A stretch of DNA of 64,000 nt from Octopus sinensis (taxonomy: Eukaryota): NCBI RefSeq assembly GCF_006345805.1, contig NC_043000.1:50592001-50656000 (forward strand). The letters run 5' to 3'. Positions within the stretch are counted from its first letter, which is position 1; each line of letters opens with the position of its first letter. The translations under genes and the position numbers were made by a program. Shown here in pieces: positions 1-13,835 of this stretch. Below the pieces are notes generated by a model. It did not search any database, had not been told where the DNA came from, and worked only from the letters and a program-made list of their open reading frames with translations.

Positions 1-498
1 TATAGTCAATATCAAACATTAAAAGGTATTTTGGTCGACTATTAATACTGACAGCTGTAACAATATAATAATCTTTCAAAGCAAAGGCTGTAAGTGTTGG
101 CAGCACATTTATTTTCATTTTATAAACTAAGTTTTTGATGTCACCAGAATTCTCATGAAAAATTCATCAAAAGTGCATATGAAAGCTTTTTGAAACATGC
201 TTATTTCAGTTTATCAATAAACAACTGTATAAATGCAATAGAAAAGTCTATAAGACTATAAGACTGACCAAACCTTCAGATACACTAATTGCACTAGTAT
301 TGTTGTTGTTATTTAGTGTCATGCTATCCCTGATTAAGTATGCCTATAAACAACAACATTTCCAGTTTGCAACAATCAAGTCTTTTAGTTTCACTGATAA
401 TGTACATACAACTATATTATATGTCTATGTCTTACCTTTCTTTAAAAGGTAGTGTATAATTTAAGAGAGGTCTGATTGCTCATTGTAGCAGATCAACC

Positions 499-542
<44 letters not shown>

Positions 543-3500
543 TATATGTGCAGGTTATTTTGTTGGCTCAATGCACAAGAGAAGTTGTTAGCTATGAAAT
601 AATTCTAATGACTGAAGGGACACATCACTGCAAGTTGTACATCATTTCATCTATTTAGGCAATATAATTAGTTCTGCAGGTGGCTTTATAATATCTTGTA
701 AATAGGATTAAAATATGATGGATAAAATTTGGGAAACTGGTACCTCTGTTGAGTTTCTCTCCCTTTGTGGAAAGCATATTTTATGAGGCATACAAGTATG
801 ATGCTGTATGGCAGTAAATTATGAACAATGAATGCAGATAGGGAGTTATAATCTTTGATATACAACATTAATCTAAGAGAAAGCCTGAAAACAATGAGAT
901 AAGAAAGCAGCTGGATCAAAAGCATTGACTGATGTGTGCTAGAAGGATGGTTACATCTTCATAGATATATTATACAACTAGATGATCCATGCTGAGAAAG
1001 TAATATAGAATCATTAAATATAGAAATGCAGTAGAGAACATTCACCTAATACTTGCTTGCTGTAAGCATTAAATTTTGGTAACGGAATAAGTTAAATTCA
1101 AAATCAAACATTTCGTAAGTGATTACAAACCTCAAATTCCAATTGAGTACTTTTACTCATGATAGAAAATGCAATCATATGAATTCCAGCACTGTTATTA
1201 CAATTTGATTGCACAAAGAGATTTGTCCCTCCATTTTTCTATATATTACTCAGTCTACTTTATGAAACACAGATGCACTGTTATTAGCTTATATCTGCTG
1301 ATAATCTTCGGGATTAAAGAATCAAGGATCAGTTATCAAAATCATGCTTTTAGTGTATTTAGTTCTTCCATGATGAAGAACATATAATATACATCCACAA
1401 TAATTAATTCTTGGAAAACAGTCTATCAATAAAAGGCAATGTCCACATTCTCAACTTTCCAAATATGCAAATAATCTGCATTATATAATCTGTCATTGTA
1501 CAAAAATTTGACTGGTTTCCTGCTTGAATACAAACATTTAGTAAAAAAAAAATCATTAATCTATCTTATTATTATTACTGAAATAGATTTATTCTCTGTT
1601 ATTGTTTTCGATTAGCCTAAATAATTCATTGTTGTTGCTAGCAGCCAGTATTTATTTAATAAAAAGTGCAAAACCGTTTATTATAAAACTTTTATCTCGA
1701 GAAACAACAACATTTAAGTGTCAGGATAAAGTCTGGAAATAGTTTTCAGAGTGTATCAATCTGAACTTTAATGACAATTATCTCTGACAAGGGAAAAAAA
1801 CTGCTGAAGATAAAGTCAATTGGATCTCTTCTAATCTTCAAAACAAAAGGTTTTTCATTAGTATTTTCCTGCCATACTTTTACAATGAGATAAAAAACAA
1901 AAGTTAAATAATATACCTAAATGTGAACATTATTAAATTACTTATTTTCTTTTTTTGTTACACACAAAAATAATATAAAGTAATATTGACCTATAAGTAG
2001 TTTTGCTCACTGACAAATATTGAGCTTGGAAAACTAAATATATTTTATAGATAACATAATTTCCTTACTGTATTTGTTTTTTCTGGAGTGTTGTTTTCTT
2101 TTATAGCTAGAATGGGCAATAACAAAACTTAAGATGATCATTTAATTCAATGCAACAACACTTGTTTATAGCTGTTTTATTTTTCTTTGCAATTTTATTT
2201 CTTGAGTGGAAAAAAATAATGTGATAAGCTACTATCAATACATCTTATAATAACAAAACATTTGTGTATAGTAATCTCTTTTTCAGTTGCAATTAATACA
2301 ACAACAAAAGTAACATGTATCATTATCAAACAGTTTAGCAGTGTTATTTCTGTTTTCATTTGTATAGGTAATTGAAGCTCACAGCATAATAAAGTAAGTT
2401 TTGGTACGAAATAACATTTTGGTTGCACATTGGTCATATATTTAGAGCAAGCCAAAAGCAAAATAGATTTTTACAATATTTACAATTTCTTTCAAACTCT
2501 ATGTCTTGATAGGCAACATTTTCTACAACATGGAAATCAGTGAAAGAATCAACAGTGTTAGCTGGTTAAAATTTGCTGCCATTTTTTATTTTAAGATTTA
2601 AGAAATGTAAATACAATTAGGTAATTCTTAACATGAAGTTGTAATAGTTATTAATTTAGTTGAAATAATGATGAATAAGAATTGAATAATAATTGTTGAA
2701 ATACATCGTAAACTATGTAGTATCTTTGATATCACATAACAACTCTGTAGCATTTGCTATTGTATTTGTATATGTAATTGAAGCTCACGGCATAGTAAAG
2801 CAAATTTTGGTACAAAATAACATTTTGGTCACACATTGGTCATGATAATATCTGTACATTTTATGGTATTTTCAACATAGCATTGAAAAATAAAGTTGAA
2901 TATCTTCTATTCAAAATCACATTGAAAATATATGAAAATTAAATGAAGATAGAACTAATATGGAAGATGTTCCTTCTATATCAATTCTTCTTCCAAATAG
3001 TATTTCCTTTAGGAAATAAGACTTTTTATGAAATTATTTACTTGTGATCGACCACAGCAGTCATTATAATTAAATGCTCTGACTTTAGTATGAATGTAAT
3101 TAGTAGCCTATATACTCTCTCCATTTTACTTGAGAAACCAGGTTTTCTTTTCAACACAATGTTCACTTTGATCATCATTTTAAATGGTTGTTTTAAGTAG
3201 CAGCTTTTGTGATGAAGCATCATTTGAGAATATCAGGCACAATTATCACACATTGAAATCCTTTTGTTTTTCTGCATTGTAATATTTTTATTTACATTAT
3301 TATACTATCTCTTGTTATCAATTGCAAATGATAACTAGCTTTTTGCCATGAGAAAAATATTTTGCTAAAGTATAATTAATTATTATGTGAAACATAAACT
3401 CCAAACTTTGAATAGTTTGTCAGAAATTAAATTTTTGTTTCAATTAGTTTCCTTAGTTTGGTAAGTGATAGTTAGTACACAGGTGTTAATAATCACACAC

Positions 3501-4248
3501 ACACATAGGAAGAAATGTGTACACACACACGGTATATAGGATTAGCTTTAGTTTATGAAATATCTGAAAATTTCTCTTCACATCAGTATAGATGTTTGCT
3601 GGATTAACTCGTTTTTGTCATATTTATTATATGGATTACCTTAAATATAATGTTCCTATTTCAAATTGAAATGCTTAATGCGATATTGCTGTTTCAGTAT
3701 CTATCTCACTAATCAGGAGAAATATAAATGTACTTTCTTGAATAAATTGCATCATGTATAAGGAAATAAGATAATGAAAAGGCCTTTGAAGTAGTAGAGA
3801 TACAGATTTGATTTCAGCAGGTATTCAAGAGTTACTGCATTTAAAATCAATAATCAGCTACAAAATATGGTGCTATTGAGAGATATGAAATGGTCCCAAA
3901 TACAGAAGAAACCATACATGATCTTTAACAGACTAAGTACTAGAATAGATAGGGAGCCTTATACAATACTGATATTAGTTACTTGATAACAGACTACTAA
4001 AATGAAAAGAAGAAGCAAAGATATTACAGAAATTTATGTAAAAATGAAGTAACCATGTTAAGATTACATTCTTATAAATTGTGTAATTGTTGAAGTCGAT
4101 ATTGTTTTAGCCATAGTGTTTCAGGTCTAGAAACTAGATAAAGCTTTCATAAAAAATAAATAAATAGTGACATGGGTGAGATGTACTGAATGTGTTTCAA
4201 TGTATAATGAACTAATAATTCATTTTTTACCTTTGTGAGCTAAGATAC

Positions 4249-4416
4249 TGTTGTGTGGACGCCCCCAGACGATGAAGTAGGCTAGCCCAATACGTATATA
4301 TAGAGGGAGAGGCCTAGACATCGGGAGTTGAGTAGAGGTCATCTGAACGTACAATATAACAGTGGCAATGAGGATGAGATGCTCACACAGCCACTGTGTA
4401 GTATTGTGATATAACA
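4249..4416. mobile_element. Solo LTR (168 bp), probably BEL/Pao- or copia-type
   Basis: Starts TGTTGTGT and ends ATATAACA (TGT...ACA imperfect terminal inverted repeat). Flanked by an exact 5-bp direct repeat GATAC (4244-4248 and 4417-4421). Richer in GC/CpG than the flanks, with an internal TATATATA. Confidence 0.7.
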
Positions 4417-6539
4417 GATACAAAAAGAAAGAAAAGACCCAAGTTGGTGAATGGCATGAATTTTGATATTTCGTGTAGGTAGTGATGTACTGAATGATAT
4501 GTGCTGGCAATTCTTAGTGAAATTTGCCTTTTATTTGGTGCGAGAAAACAAAAAGATTTTGCCGCACTTCTTAGTTAAACTAAAAAATGTATTTCTTGAG
4601 ATATTTTAAAGTTGAAAATAATTAAGTAAAAGTAATTTAGTGTTCTTAAATTGAATTTGCTTTATTTGATAAACAACAATAGAATATCATAGGAAAGAAT
4701 TGAAGATGGGTTCTTTAAACTGAGCTTAGTGGCAGCAGACCTGAGGGTATTCTGAGAATAAAATAGTTGGATATTATCCATAGTTTCAGTTGATCATGCT
4801 TGGGAATCTAACCAGAAGTGTAATGGTGGTTGCTCCTGGTAGGACCCTATGAAAGAGGTGACTAAAGATTTTGTCCTTACAACCTACCCAGGAAGAGTAG
4901 GCAGGGAAGATTAATGGAAAGATGGAACAATAAATTCTTATATTCAGTTTGAGATATTCATTGTTTTCTTAAGTATTCTTTCTCCCATTAATAACTGGAT
5001 ATCTTTCTTGATAGGATCATTTAATGTAGTGAAAGTTAGTTCAACTGAAGGAGATAGGAATTCATATATTTCCAAGTTGCATAAAATAAATTCCATTTCT
5101 GACACCAAAACTATTTCTACCTTTGATTTACTGATATTTGCTTTTTGTTTCAAACATTTATTGTTAAAAAATGACTTCTGCTATTTTTATCTCAACTTTA
5201 TTTTCCTTGGTTAATTTCACATTTAAAATCAATAACTAACATTTCTAGAATGTTTGATGTAATCCTAAGATAAATTTTATTACAGTGACAAGTCCTAAAA
5301 TGATTTTATTGTTTAGTTTTCATTTTAATTGATTGAGCTTTTGTTTTATTATAAATATTTGATTCTGGTTTCATTTAGTTGATATAGTTAATAATCAAAT
5401 AATTATTTACAGTGTTTCAATTTCTAGAGCAAATCTACTTGAAAGAATGGTACTTAATCTCTACATGTCTATTTAAAATTTTCCATGTATGTTTGAAGAA
5501 AGCATGCATATACTTACAAGCATCAATTGTATTTTTGTGTTTGGATAAATGAATGAACAACTGTTTCTACTATTCTTAAGCAGATGCTACAAGCTGAAAA
5601 GTTAATTGGTTACCTCATTGTTTTAACAGAGGAAATTTATTTGCATGAAGATAAATATATCCCCAACATTGGAATAATTGGAACTTCCAGAAAATATAGT
5701 TGAACATCAGTATGGCTATATTAAATTCAGTGTACATAGTGCACATGATCACAAATAATGACAAGTACGCAAATACTTCCATACATATGTACACTACACA
5801 TTAATCGGTTACAAAATGTAAGGAAAGTTTTAAAGTGTTAGTCCGTATTGTTAAGTATACATGAAGTGTAAATGATGGTAATTGGGTTTCTTTTATATTG
5901 AATTTTCAATAATGAATATCATTGTAATTTATTGTCAATTGAGAAAAATATGTAGGTATTCTGGCTCATAATGTCACCAAGAATAACTATTCAACAGTGT
6001 TTTTGTGAGCTGTTTTTTTTTTTTTGAAGATGTACACAAGTGGAGCCAATAAAATGTAGCTGTATTGTTTGAGAAATCAGTGATAAGCAGTATTATTAAA
6101 ATGAGGAAAGCTCCATCCTATATATTTAGCAAAAGCTTTAGGAATATTTAGTCAAATTTGAAATAATCAACAAATCGACTAGGCTGTGCAATATAGAAGT
6201 GTGTTAATGATTGGTTTCAGTACCATGGCCAATGAGGTAAATCCAAGGCGTGGTTATTGCTAGTTGAAAAAAAGAATCAAGTAGTACAATTGAGCATAAA
6301 TGGCATTATGTAATGGGTAAAAATCATAATGGCTATCATATAATTCTGAAGTTGGATGCTGCACAGGGAAGAGTTTTTTTCTATAATTTTCATAAAATTA
6401 GAGGTTCTATGTGGAAAATAAAATGTGAGACAACCAAAAATACAACAAATTTCTTTTGTGTGTGTTTTTTAAAGATCATTTAAGATATAATTCAGTATTT
6501 ACATGTTACTATTTGTATAATTTTATGTGTGCTTGAAGC

Positions 6540-6822
6540 TCTTGTAAAGTTGTGAGTCTGATTCCTGGTGGCATGTTATGTCCTTGAGAAATACACTTTA
6601 TTCCATGTTGCTCCAGTCCACTCAGCTGGCAAAAATGAGTAGAACCTGTATTTCAAAGGACCAGCCTTGTCACATTCTGTGTCGTGCTGTATCTCCTTGA
6701 GAACTATGTTAAGAATACATGTATCTGTGAAATGCTCAGCCGCTTATCAATTTCACGAGCAAGCTGTGCTGTTGATTAGGTCAACTGGAACCCTTGTTGT
6801 CATAACTGAGAGAGTACCAGTT
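6540..6822 (+). mobile_element. Decayed tRNA-derived CORE-like SINE (same family as 24234-24555)
   Basis: Contains TGTCCTTGAG...ACACTTTATT...GTTGCTCCAGTCCACTCAGCTGGCAAAAATGAGT and is collinear with the younger copy at 24234. Confidence 0.8.
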
Positions 6823-7397
6823 TTCCCAGGATCCATTCAAAGAAAAAAAAAAAATTATTATTGAAAAGATTTAAAGGGCTTATTTATGTAAATTGTATCT
6901 AGAATGTTAACAAAAATATAACTTTTGAGATTTTACAAGATTTGAAATGGTATGATTAGAGGGGAAATTGCTAAAACTGAGTCATAGTCTTAAATATACA
7001 TGTACATCTCCGAAACATCAATTACATATGATTTTTAATGAAGTAGCATAATATAAGTTGGAAAATCAAATTAGAATAATATGTTGCCTGGAACTTCCTA
7101 GAATAAAATATTAAAAACAAATTGTAACAAATGTCTGTAAATAATAAATAATGTACCAGTAAAATTGTTAATGTTTTACAAAGCATGAATAATGATGTTA
7201 TATTAAGAGAGACAGGCATGTTTGTGTATTGTAATACCATGTTGTTCAAGATTTGTTCTTGCTGCATAGTATCTTTGGCACATGTGTTCTACTATAGCAT
7301 TGAAATGGCCAACACTTTGTTTGAAGAATTTAGTTAAAAAAAGACTATTCAGAAGTTCATCATCATCATATATGTTTATGTATGTGTGTGTGTGTGT

Positions 7398-7580
7398 GCT
7401 TGTGGCATGTAAAAAGCACTAAGTCCACTCTGCTGAGTGGTTGGTGTTAGGAAGGGCATCCAGGTGAAAAATCCTGCCAAAATAGTCACAGAAGTTTGGT
7501 ACAGGCTTTGGCCTGGCAGCTCTTGTGGTACCATCCCACCCATGCTTGCATGGAAATCAAACATTAAATGGTGATGATTA
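7398..7580 (+). mobile_element. SINE ending in (GAT)n (family C), partial
   Basis: Shares GTAAAAAGCAC...GGTTGGTGTTAGGAAGGGCATCCAG...CCCATGCTTGCATGGAAA with the copies at 17030 and 45040. Confidence 0.7.
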
Positions 7581-10079
7581 TTAGGATACATATATATATA
7601 AATAAATAAATGTAATTGTCTTCCCAAATAAATTGCACTTCATGTTTGAGGTTCTGATGGAGCTATAAAGTGTTAATAAGGCACTCAAATATATGAGTCC
7701 ACTGCATCTTATAGTGGAAACAGATATAAGCTAATGAATTTCAAAGTATAATTATTGTATATTTCTTTGTCATCACTTTTTATTGTGTGTGTGTGTTACA
7801 CAGTACTGCCAGTTAAAAACTGGACTGGTGCAGTATCAACTTAGTCCATGTTTAAAATATAGAATAATAAAGCTCTAAATGCTGTGCTCTGGCATGACCA
7901 TTGTCAATGACAGAAACCAGTAAAAATAAAATGAATGTGTTTGACTTGGGCATGGAAAACAAAATTTAAGTTTATGTGATTGTAACAGCAAAATTGAAAG
8001 AAATTTTCATTTTAGTATGTGCTGTATATTTCCATAATTCGCTTTAAGAACTTTGATCATGTACATTTTTCATCAGTTTTCTTATAATAAAAGATTTTAT
8101 ACTGAGATATATATTTACAGAATAATCAATTTCAAGATATAAGTAAAGAAATGACAGAAAACCTCTTTTTAAGAATTTTATTATAGCATTGGGTCAAAGA
8201 TTACATCCATGGATTTAAAACTAAAATACTAATAAAATTGATTTTAGTATATCTGAGGTACAGAATTACTTTTAGTTTGAAATCAGACCATTAAAGTATT
8301 GATAGTTCTTAAGAAATTTAAGGGATACTGCCAAATTAATGCCCAGAAACCAGGAGAAAGATAGTTTTCATGAAGCATTGACTTCAAGGCAGAAGCAATC
8401 TTTCATCCTTGAGAAGACATTGTGTTCAGTGGTTGCTTTCGATTAGGAATTCAACTGATAACTTTTCATGCTCATTGGACCTTATTTAATTAGTTGGAAA
8501 TATTCATATCTCGTAAGTTTAACTCACATTCATCAACTCAGGAAATAATTCTTCTGCTGTAAGAAGTTTTGGCTGTGTCCTAAACATTAGATCAGAGAAA
8601 AATGTAGATAGTTAAAAATAAAGTAATGTATGACTGATATCCGACTGGTTAAAATATTTTTCGTGTGATAATCTATTCTTGCTTATATATACAACAACAC
8701 ACATTCCAGCACTCGACCTCAGATCAGGTCACTTGCTATGCAAGTACATCTCTGTAATATATATATACAGTATTTTGCCAATTGCTGGTTTTTATTTCAA
8801 GCAACACATCATTTAAATTATGTAAATACTTTGTTATTTCATGCCTTGATACATATAGAAGTAAAATAGCCATTAGTTTTCTGAATATTTTAAAAATAAT
8901 ATTTGCATAGTTATAGCTGGGTACCCTCATTGAAAGTAGTTTATTTAATCTCAATTTACCTATTTCTGTTTGTGCTTCTAATAGCTAATCATAATTTTTT
9001 TTTTATTATTTTCATTATTATGAATCTCTGTATCTCCTGAATAGTTTGAGTTATTATACACCTCATAGTAGTTATTCAGTGCAAGTTTTGAGTTAGTGAA
9101 TGGAAATTAATATGTATTAGTTCTTGTGGAAACTAGCAAATTCCATTATAATATACTTTTATTATCTGAATACAAGGCATCATAAAATTTTACTTTGTAT
9201 TTTAGAACCTCATTATATTCCTGTTATTTGATCATTATCATTTCTTTTATTACAGTTTCAGTGAGGTATAAAATTAGTATTCCTTCATTTTAAAATTGTA
9301 TTCAATTTTTTTTACTTAGAGATTACATAAACAAGGGTCAAAATGTATTATTAAAAAAATTCGATTCTGAAGCATATTTCATAGAATATATAAGGTATAG
9401 AATAGCCAAAATTATTGCAAGTTTTAATTTGCCTCATAACACCCAGTAAAGAAAACATTCAACTGAATGCATTGTATCAAAGCTAGACTGTAAAAATGGG
9501 GTTTATTGTTGATCTAATTACGTTTAGGATCATGCTTCCTTTACTTTTATTCCGTTATATATGTTATTTTAAATTGCCATCAACATTTCATTGTTTACCT
9601 TCAATAAATTCATTTACTTCCTCAGTTATTTTGTTTTATAAAGTTTTGTCTTTTTTTTTTTGGTAAACAACATTAGACAAAAGTCTTGCAACGTTTTGTG
9701 TGGAATCCCTGTATCAAACAAAATTGATGAGGATTTGCATGCCACAGTGGATTTTCATTTTGAAGACTTTCTAATGATGCTTTAGCTTTCGGAATTCTAT
9801 CAGCTTCAAGTGAAGGTCATCCAGTCGAGTGGCTTTTATGAAGATTTATATTTCTTCAAAATGTTTCATAAAGACATTATGCACCTTCATACTTAAAGGA
9901 ATGTTACCATGACAATTGTTATAATACTATTATTATTATGAAAATACAAACAATCGAACTACCTCCAGCATTGTCTATGAATCTACACTAACTTTGAAAA
10001 CAATAACCTTATCCAGATAATTTTGTTTCTAAATATAAGTAGCATATATATATAATTCATAATTAGACAATGTACAGAT

Positions 10080-10355
10080 GTCATTGTGTAGGTAAGAAGC
10101 TTGCTTTGTAACTACATAGTTCTTGGTCCCATCCCACTGCATGTCATCTTGGGAAAGTGTTTTTTACTATAGTTTCAGATTGACCAATGCCTTGTGAGAA
10201 CAGGTGCTGGTTTGTTTATGTCACTGTAACCTAGCAGTTTGGCAAGAGACCAATAGAATAAGCACAAGACTTAAAAGTAAGATCTGTTTGAGTAAAATCT
10301 TTCAAAGGTGCTGTCCCAGAATGGCTGCAGTCCAATGACTGAAACATGTAAAAGA
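10080..10355 (+). mobile_element. tRNA-derived SINE (family A), decayed
   Basis: Contains GGTAAGAAGCTTGC...CCCACTGC...CTTGGGAAAGTG...GACCAATAGAATAAG...GACTGAAAC, matching the copy at 12549. Confidence 0.7.
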
Positions 10356-10956
10356 AATATGTATGATTTATAATTAGACAAGAAAACCAAGTATCTTCAA
10401 ATATCCTATAAAATATGTCACAATAATTTATTAAAAACTAAATAGACATAAATGGATACATGTTGCATTTCTTTGTGAGAAAAAATAAGATTATATTGTT
10501 TAATGCAAGTGACTTATTGTTTTCTCTTTCTTGCATGTACTCTCTTTTAATTTATTTAATTAAAACAAAACAAATTTCATTTGCAGTAAGGGATGAGATA
10601 TTTGTTTTTGTTGATAGATTTGTTTGATTTTTTTTTAAAAGCTGAATATTCCCTAAGATTTTAAATGAGTGAGTTGTTGTTTAGGCCTCAGTCAACCTTG
10701 ACTGAATAAATTCATGTTAAAATACATTTCACTTCTAACCATTCCATCGTTCCTGGTGTGGCTTTACATGTTTTCTTATAATGTGAGTGCATGATTTCTA
10801 GATGTGGCTTCTATTTCTTGTAGGTCAAATGACTGTGTACAGTCTCTTAGTTATATATGATTTGTTAGCTAGTATATTGAAATGCTTTAGATATGACTAT
10901 CCAAGATTTTCATTTAAGAAATATATGAATACTGAAACTATAAAATAAACATGTGT

Positions 10957-10990
<34 letters not shown>

Positions 10991-11189
10991 GTAATAATAA
11001 TCATGATGATGATGATGGTGATTTCTGTAAGGTAATTAATTAGCTTGTTTAAGATGATTTTGTCATCATTATTTGCAGAGTTATCACATAAGCAGCAGCA
11101 AATATTTATGTTATGAACATTACGCAGTTATCAGCAGTATAATAGTAATGGAGATGATGCTAATAATGAATAATCACATTGTTGTAAGC

Positions 11190-11223
<34 letters not shown>

Positions 11224-11629
11224 CTCGACATTACCATTGAGGTTCTTCTTTTTGTCTACAGTATTAGTTGCTGCTGAAATTTAACTCTTCCTAACCTCTC
11301 TTTGTATTGGCAAATGTAATGTGTATGAAAACCTTGGAGCTTTTCGTGAACCAATGAAAATAGCCATCATTTGCCATTATATAGTAATGAGTCTGACTTT
11401 AAATTTGAAGAATAACATTAATAAATAATGACTATTTCATCACCAAGTTGATCATATTCTGAGATCTTAAGGATAATTTCTTTTCAGATAAGGAGGCTGT
11501 AACTGACACAATTATGCCATACTGCAAAAATCTGGAATTCGTTATTTATGCATCATTATTTAATTATAAATGTTGATATATCACTGCAGTTAAATAGTTT
11601 TAATGAACTATTGATAGCTTCAGAATATA

Positions 11630-11850
11630 TTTTAATCGTTGATCCATTTGCATATCTGGGCATATCTGGTCAAATTTTCTGTTTATGTTCAAAACAGCCT
11701 CTCACACCTATCCTGCTATATCATTTTTAAAATAAACAAAAATCACATCATCATATTCGTGAATCTACAAAATAATGCATGATTAATTTGAAACAATGTG
11801 AATACATAAGCATTACATTTCACTGAGTAATATGTATGCTAAAAGATTAA
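11630..11850 (+). mobile_element. Decayed TTAA-type (piggyBac-like) MITE
   Basis: Collinear with the element at 37904-38132 and ends ...TGCTAAAAGATTAA. Confidence 0.5.
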
Positions 11851-12548
11851 AGTTCTTTAAGGTTGAATTGTTAATATTATTTTGATATATTTAAGTTTGA
11901 TTTACTTCCAGATTAAGTTAAGTGGGTACTTTGGTATATATCTCAAAAATTCTCTTTTGGGAAGTCTAGAATGCCTCTTAGAATCTAACCTTAGGCAAGG
12001 CATCTGTAAAAAATTAAGCACTTGTAGTATGGGAATGATACAGTATTCAAATTTCAGTATCATAGAGGAGAGTTGGAAGGATGACAACATTGTAAAGTTG
12101 ATCCATTTGCATATCTGGGCATATCTGGTCAAATTTTCTGTTTATGTTCAAAACAGCCTCTCACACCTATCCTGCAATATCATTTTATTTGGTATAAATG
12201 TAAATACCTAGGTTGTCCCATATGCAATACTGTAGTTTATCAAAAGCTGATCCTGCCTTGCCAATTCATGATGGTACTTCAGCATCAGTGCATTCACATG
12301 CACAGGCAAAATGTATGCACATGTTTATATATGTATGTGTAAACATATGTACATACAAAGAATCTATGTAAAAGTAAAGTAAATAGATCTCTGAGTTTCA
12401 ACGGCAAGTGTTAGATCAACTGAACTACTTGGTTATTAAATTAGTAAGTAGTTGAGCATTCCACATACATATACATGTGCCTTTAATGTGACTGTCATTC
12501 AAAAGATATCAGAAGCTAGTGGTGTGTGTACGTGTGTTATATATATGT

Positions 12549-12678
12549 GCAGGAGTGGCTGTGTGGTAAGTAGCTTGCGTGTCACCTTGGGCAAGTATCT
12601 TCTATTATAGCCTCAGGCCGACCAAAGCCTTGTGAGTGGTTTTGGTAGACAGAAACTGAAAGGTGCCCGTCGTATATA

Positions 12679-12731
<53 letters not shown>

Positions 12732-12960
12732 GTATGTGTGTATGTATATGTTTATGTGTGTCCTCCCACCTCCCAACATCATTTGACAACCGATGCTGGT
12801 GTGTTTACGTCCCCGTAACTTCGTGGTTGGGCAAAAGAGACCAATAGAATAAGTACTAGGCTTACAAAGAATAAGTCCTGGGGTCACTTTGCTTGACTAA
12901 AGCCATTGCTTCAGCATGACCACAGTCAAAATGACTGAAACAAGTAAAAGAATAAAATAA
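12549..12960 (+). mobile_element. tRNA-derived SINE (family A) with internal (TG)/(TA) tract
   Basis: Head GCAGGAGTGGCTGTGTGGTAAGTAGCTTGC, CORE-like CACCTTGGGCAAGT, and tail GACTGAAACAAGTAAAAGAATAAAA. Confidence 0.8.
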
Positions 12961-12999
12961 AATATATATATATTTATATATATATATGCATATATATTC

Positions 13000-13288
13000 G
13001 GGCTTCATGGAGGCAGTAACAAGCGACTGAGATCTTTGGCAATATACCATGCCTGAGAGATCACAGACATGGCTGATGCTGGTGTTTTACAACTGGCTCC
13101 TGTGCCAGTGGGGCGTACAAAACAATCACTACACTCTTGGCGTGGTTAGTGTTAGGAAGTGCATCCAGCTGTAGAAATCATGCCAAATCAGATTGGAACC
13201 TAGTGCAGCTCCCCTGCTTACCACTTTTCATTTAAACTGTCCAACTCATGCCAGTATGGAAAACAGATGTTAGATGATGATGATGATG

Positions 13289-13290
<2 letters not shown>
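13000..13290 (+). mobile_element. SINE family C with (GAT)n tail
   Basis: Contains GTTAGGAAGTGCATCCAGCTGTAGAAA...CATGCCAGTATGGAAAACAGATGTTAGATGATGATG. Confidence 0.75.
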
Positions 13291-13330
<40 letters not shown>

Positions 13331-13333
<3 letters not shown>

Positions 13334-13774
13334 AATATTAGGGAATAAATCCAAACTTACAGGGAAAAATCAGATTTAGGATTGAATCCAATTTTATAGT
13401 AAAATTTTATATTATATTAAATTAGAGACAAAAACCACTATTAGGCAAATCATACAATGAAAAACTTAAGCCAATACATAAGATTATTTAATTTATATTA
13501 TTAAAATATATAACAAAATTATTAAAATATATATAATTAATATATCACTTAGATCGTTTCATGGCTGTTAATTTCTTTAAATTTTCGAGTTACAGTCATT
13601 CATCAGGTGGTTTAAATATTTATCTTGGCGATCGTAGTGATATATTAATTATATTTTTTAATAATTTTGTTATATATTTTAATAATATAAATTAAATAAA
13701 CTTATGTATTGGCTTAAGTTTTTCATTGTAGGATTTGCCTAATAGTGGTTTTGTCTCTAATTTAATATAATATA
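13331..13774 (-). mobile_element. Penelope-like pseudo-LTR remnant in fold-back form, inserted in (TA)n
   Basis: Inverted repeat of about 148 bp (13408-13556 vs 13629-13774) around a spacer that holds a hammerhead core. (TA)n tracts on both sides. Confidence 0.7.
13546..13610 (-). ncRNA. Minimal type-I hammerhead ribozyme motif, degenerate at the cleavage site
   Basis: Minus strand reads CCAC CTGATGA ATGACTGT..ACAGCCAT GAAAC GATC TAA GTG. The inverted arm at 13629 preserves CGATC GTA GTG. Confidence 0.65.
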
Positions 13775-13781
13775 TATATAT

Positions 13782-13825
<44 letters not shown>

Positions 13826-13835
13826 TGTGTATCTG

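Noticed and set aside
11488-11575. Other possible exons (after ttttcAG at 11487; also near 36101, 44378, 59239 and minus-strand 58568-58607)
   Set aside because: Only one good splice site each, with no recognisable peptide. Such hits are expected by chance in AT-rich DNA.
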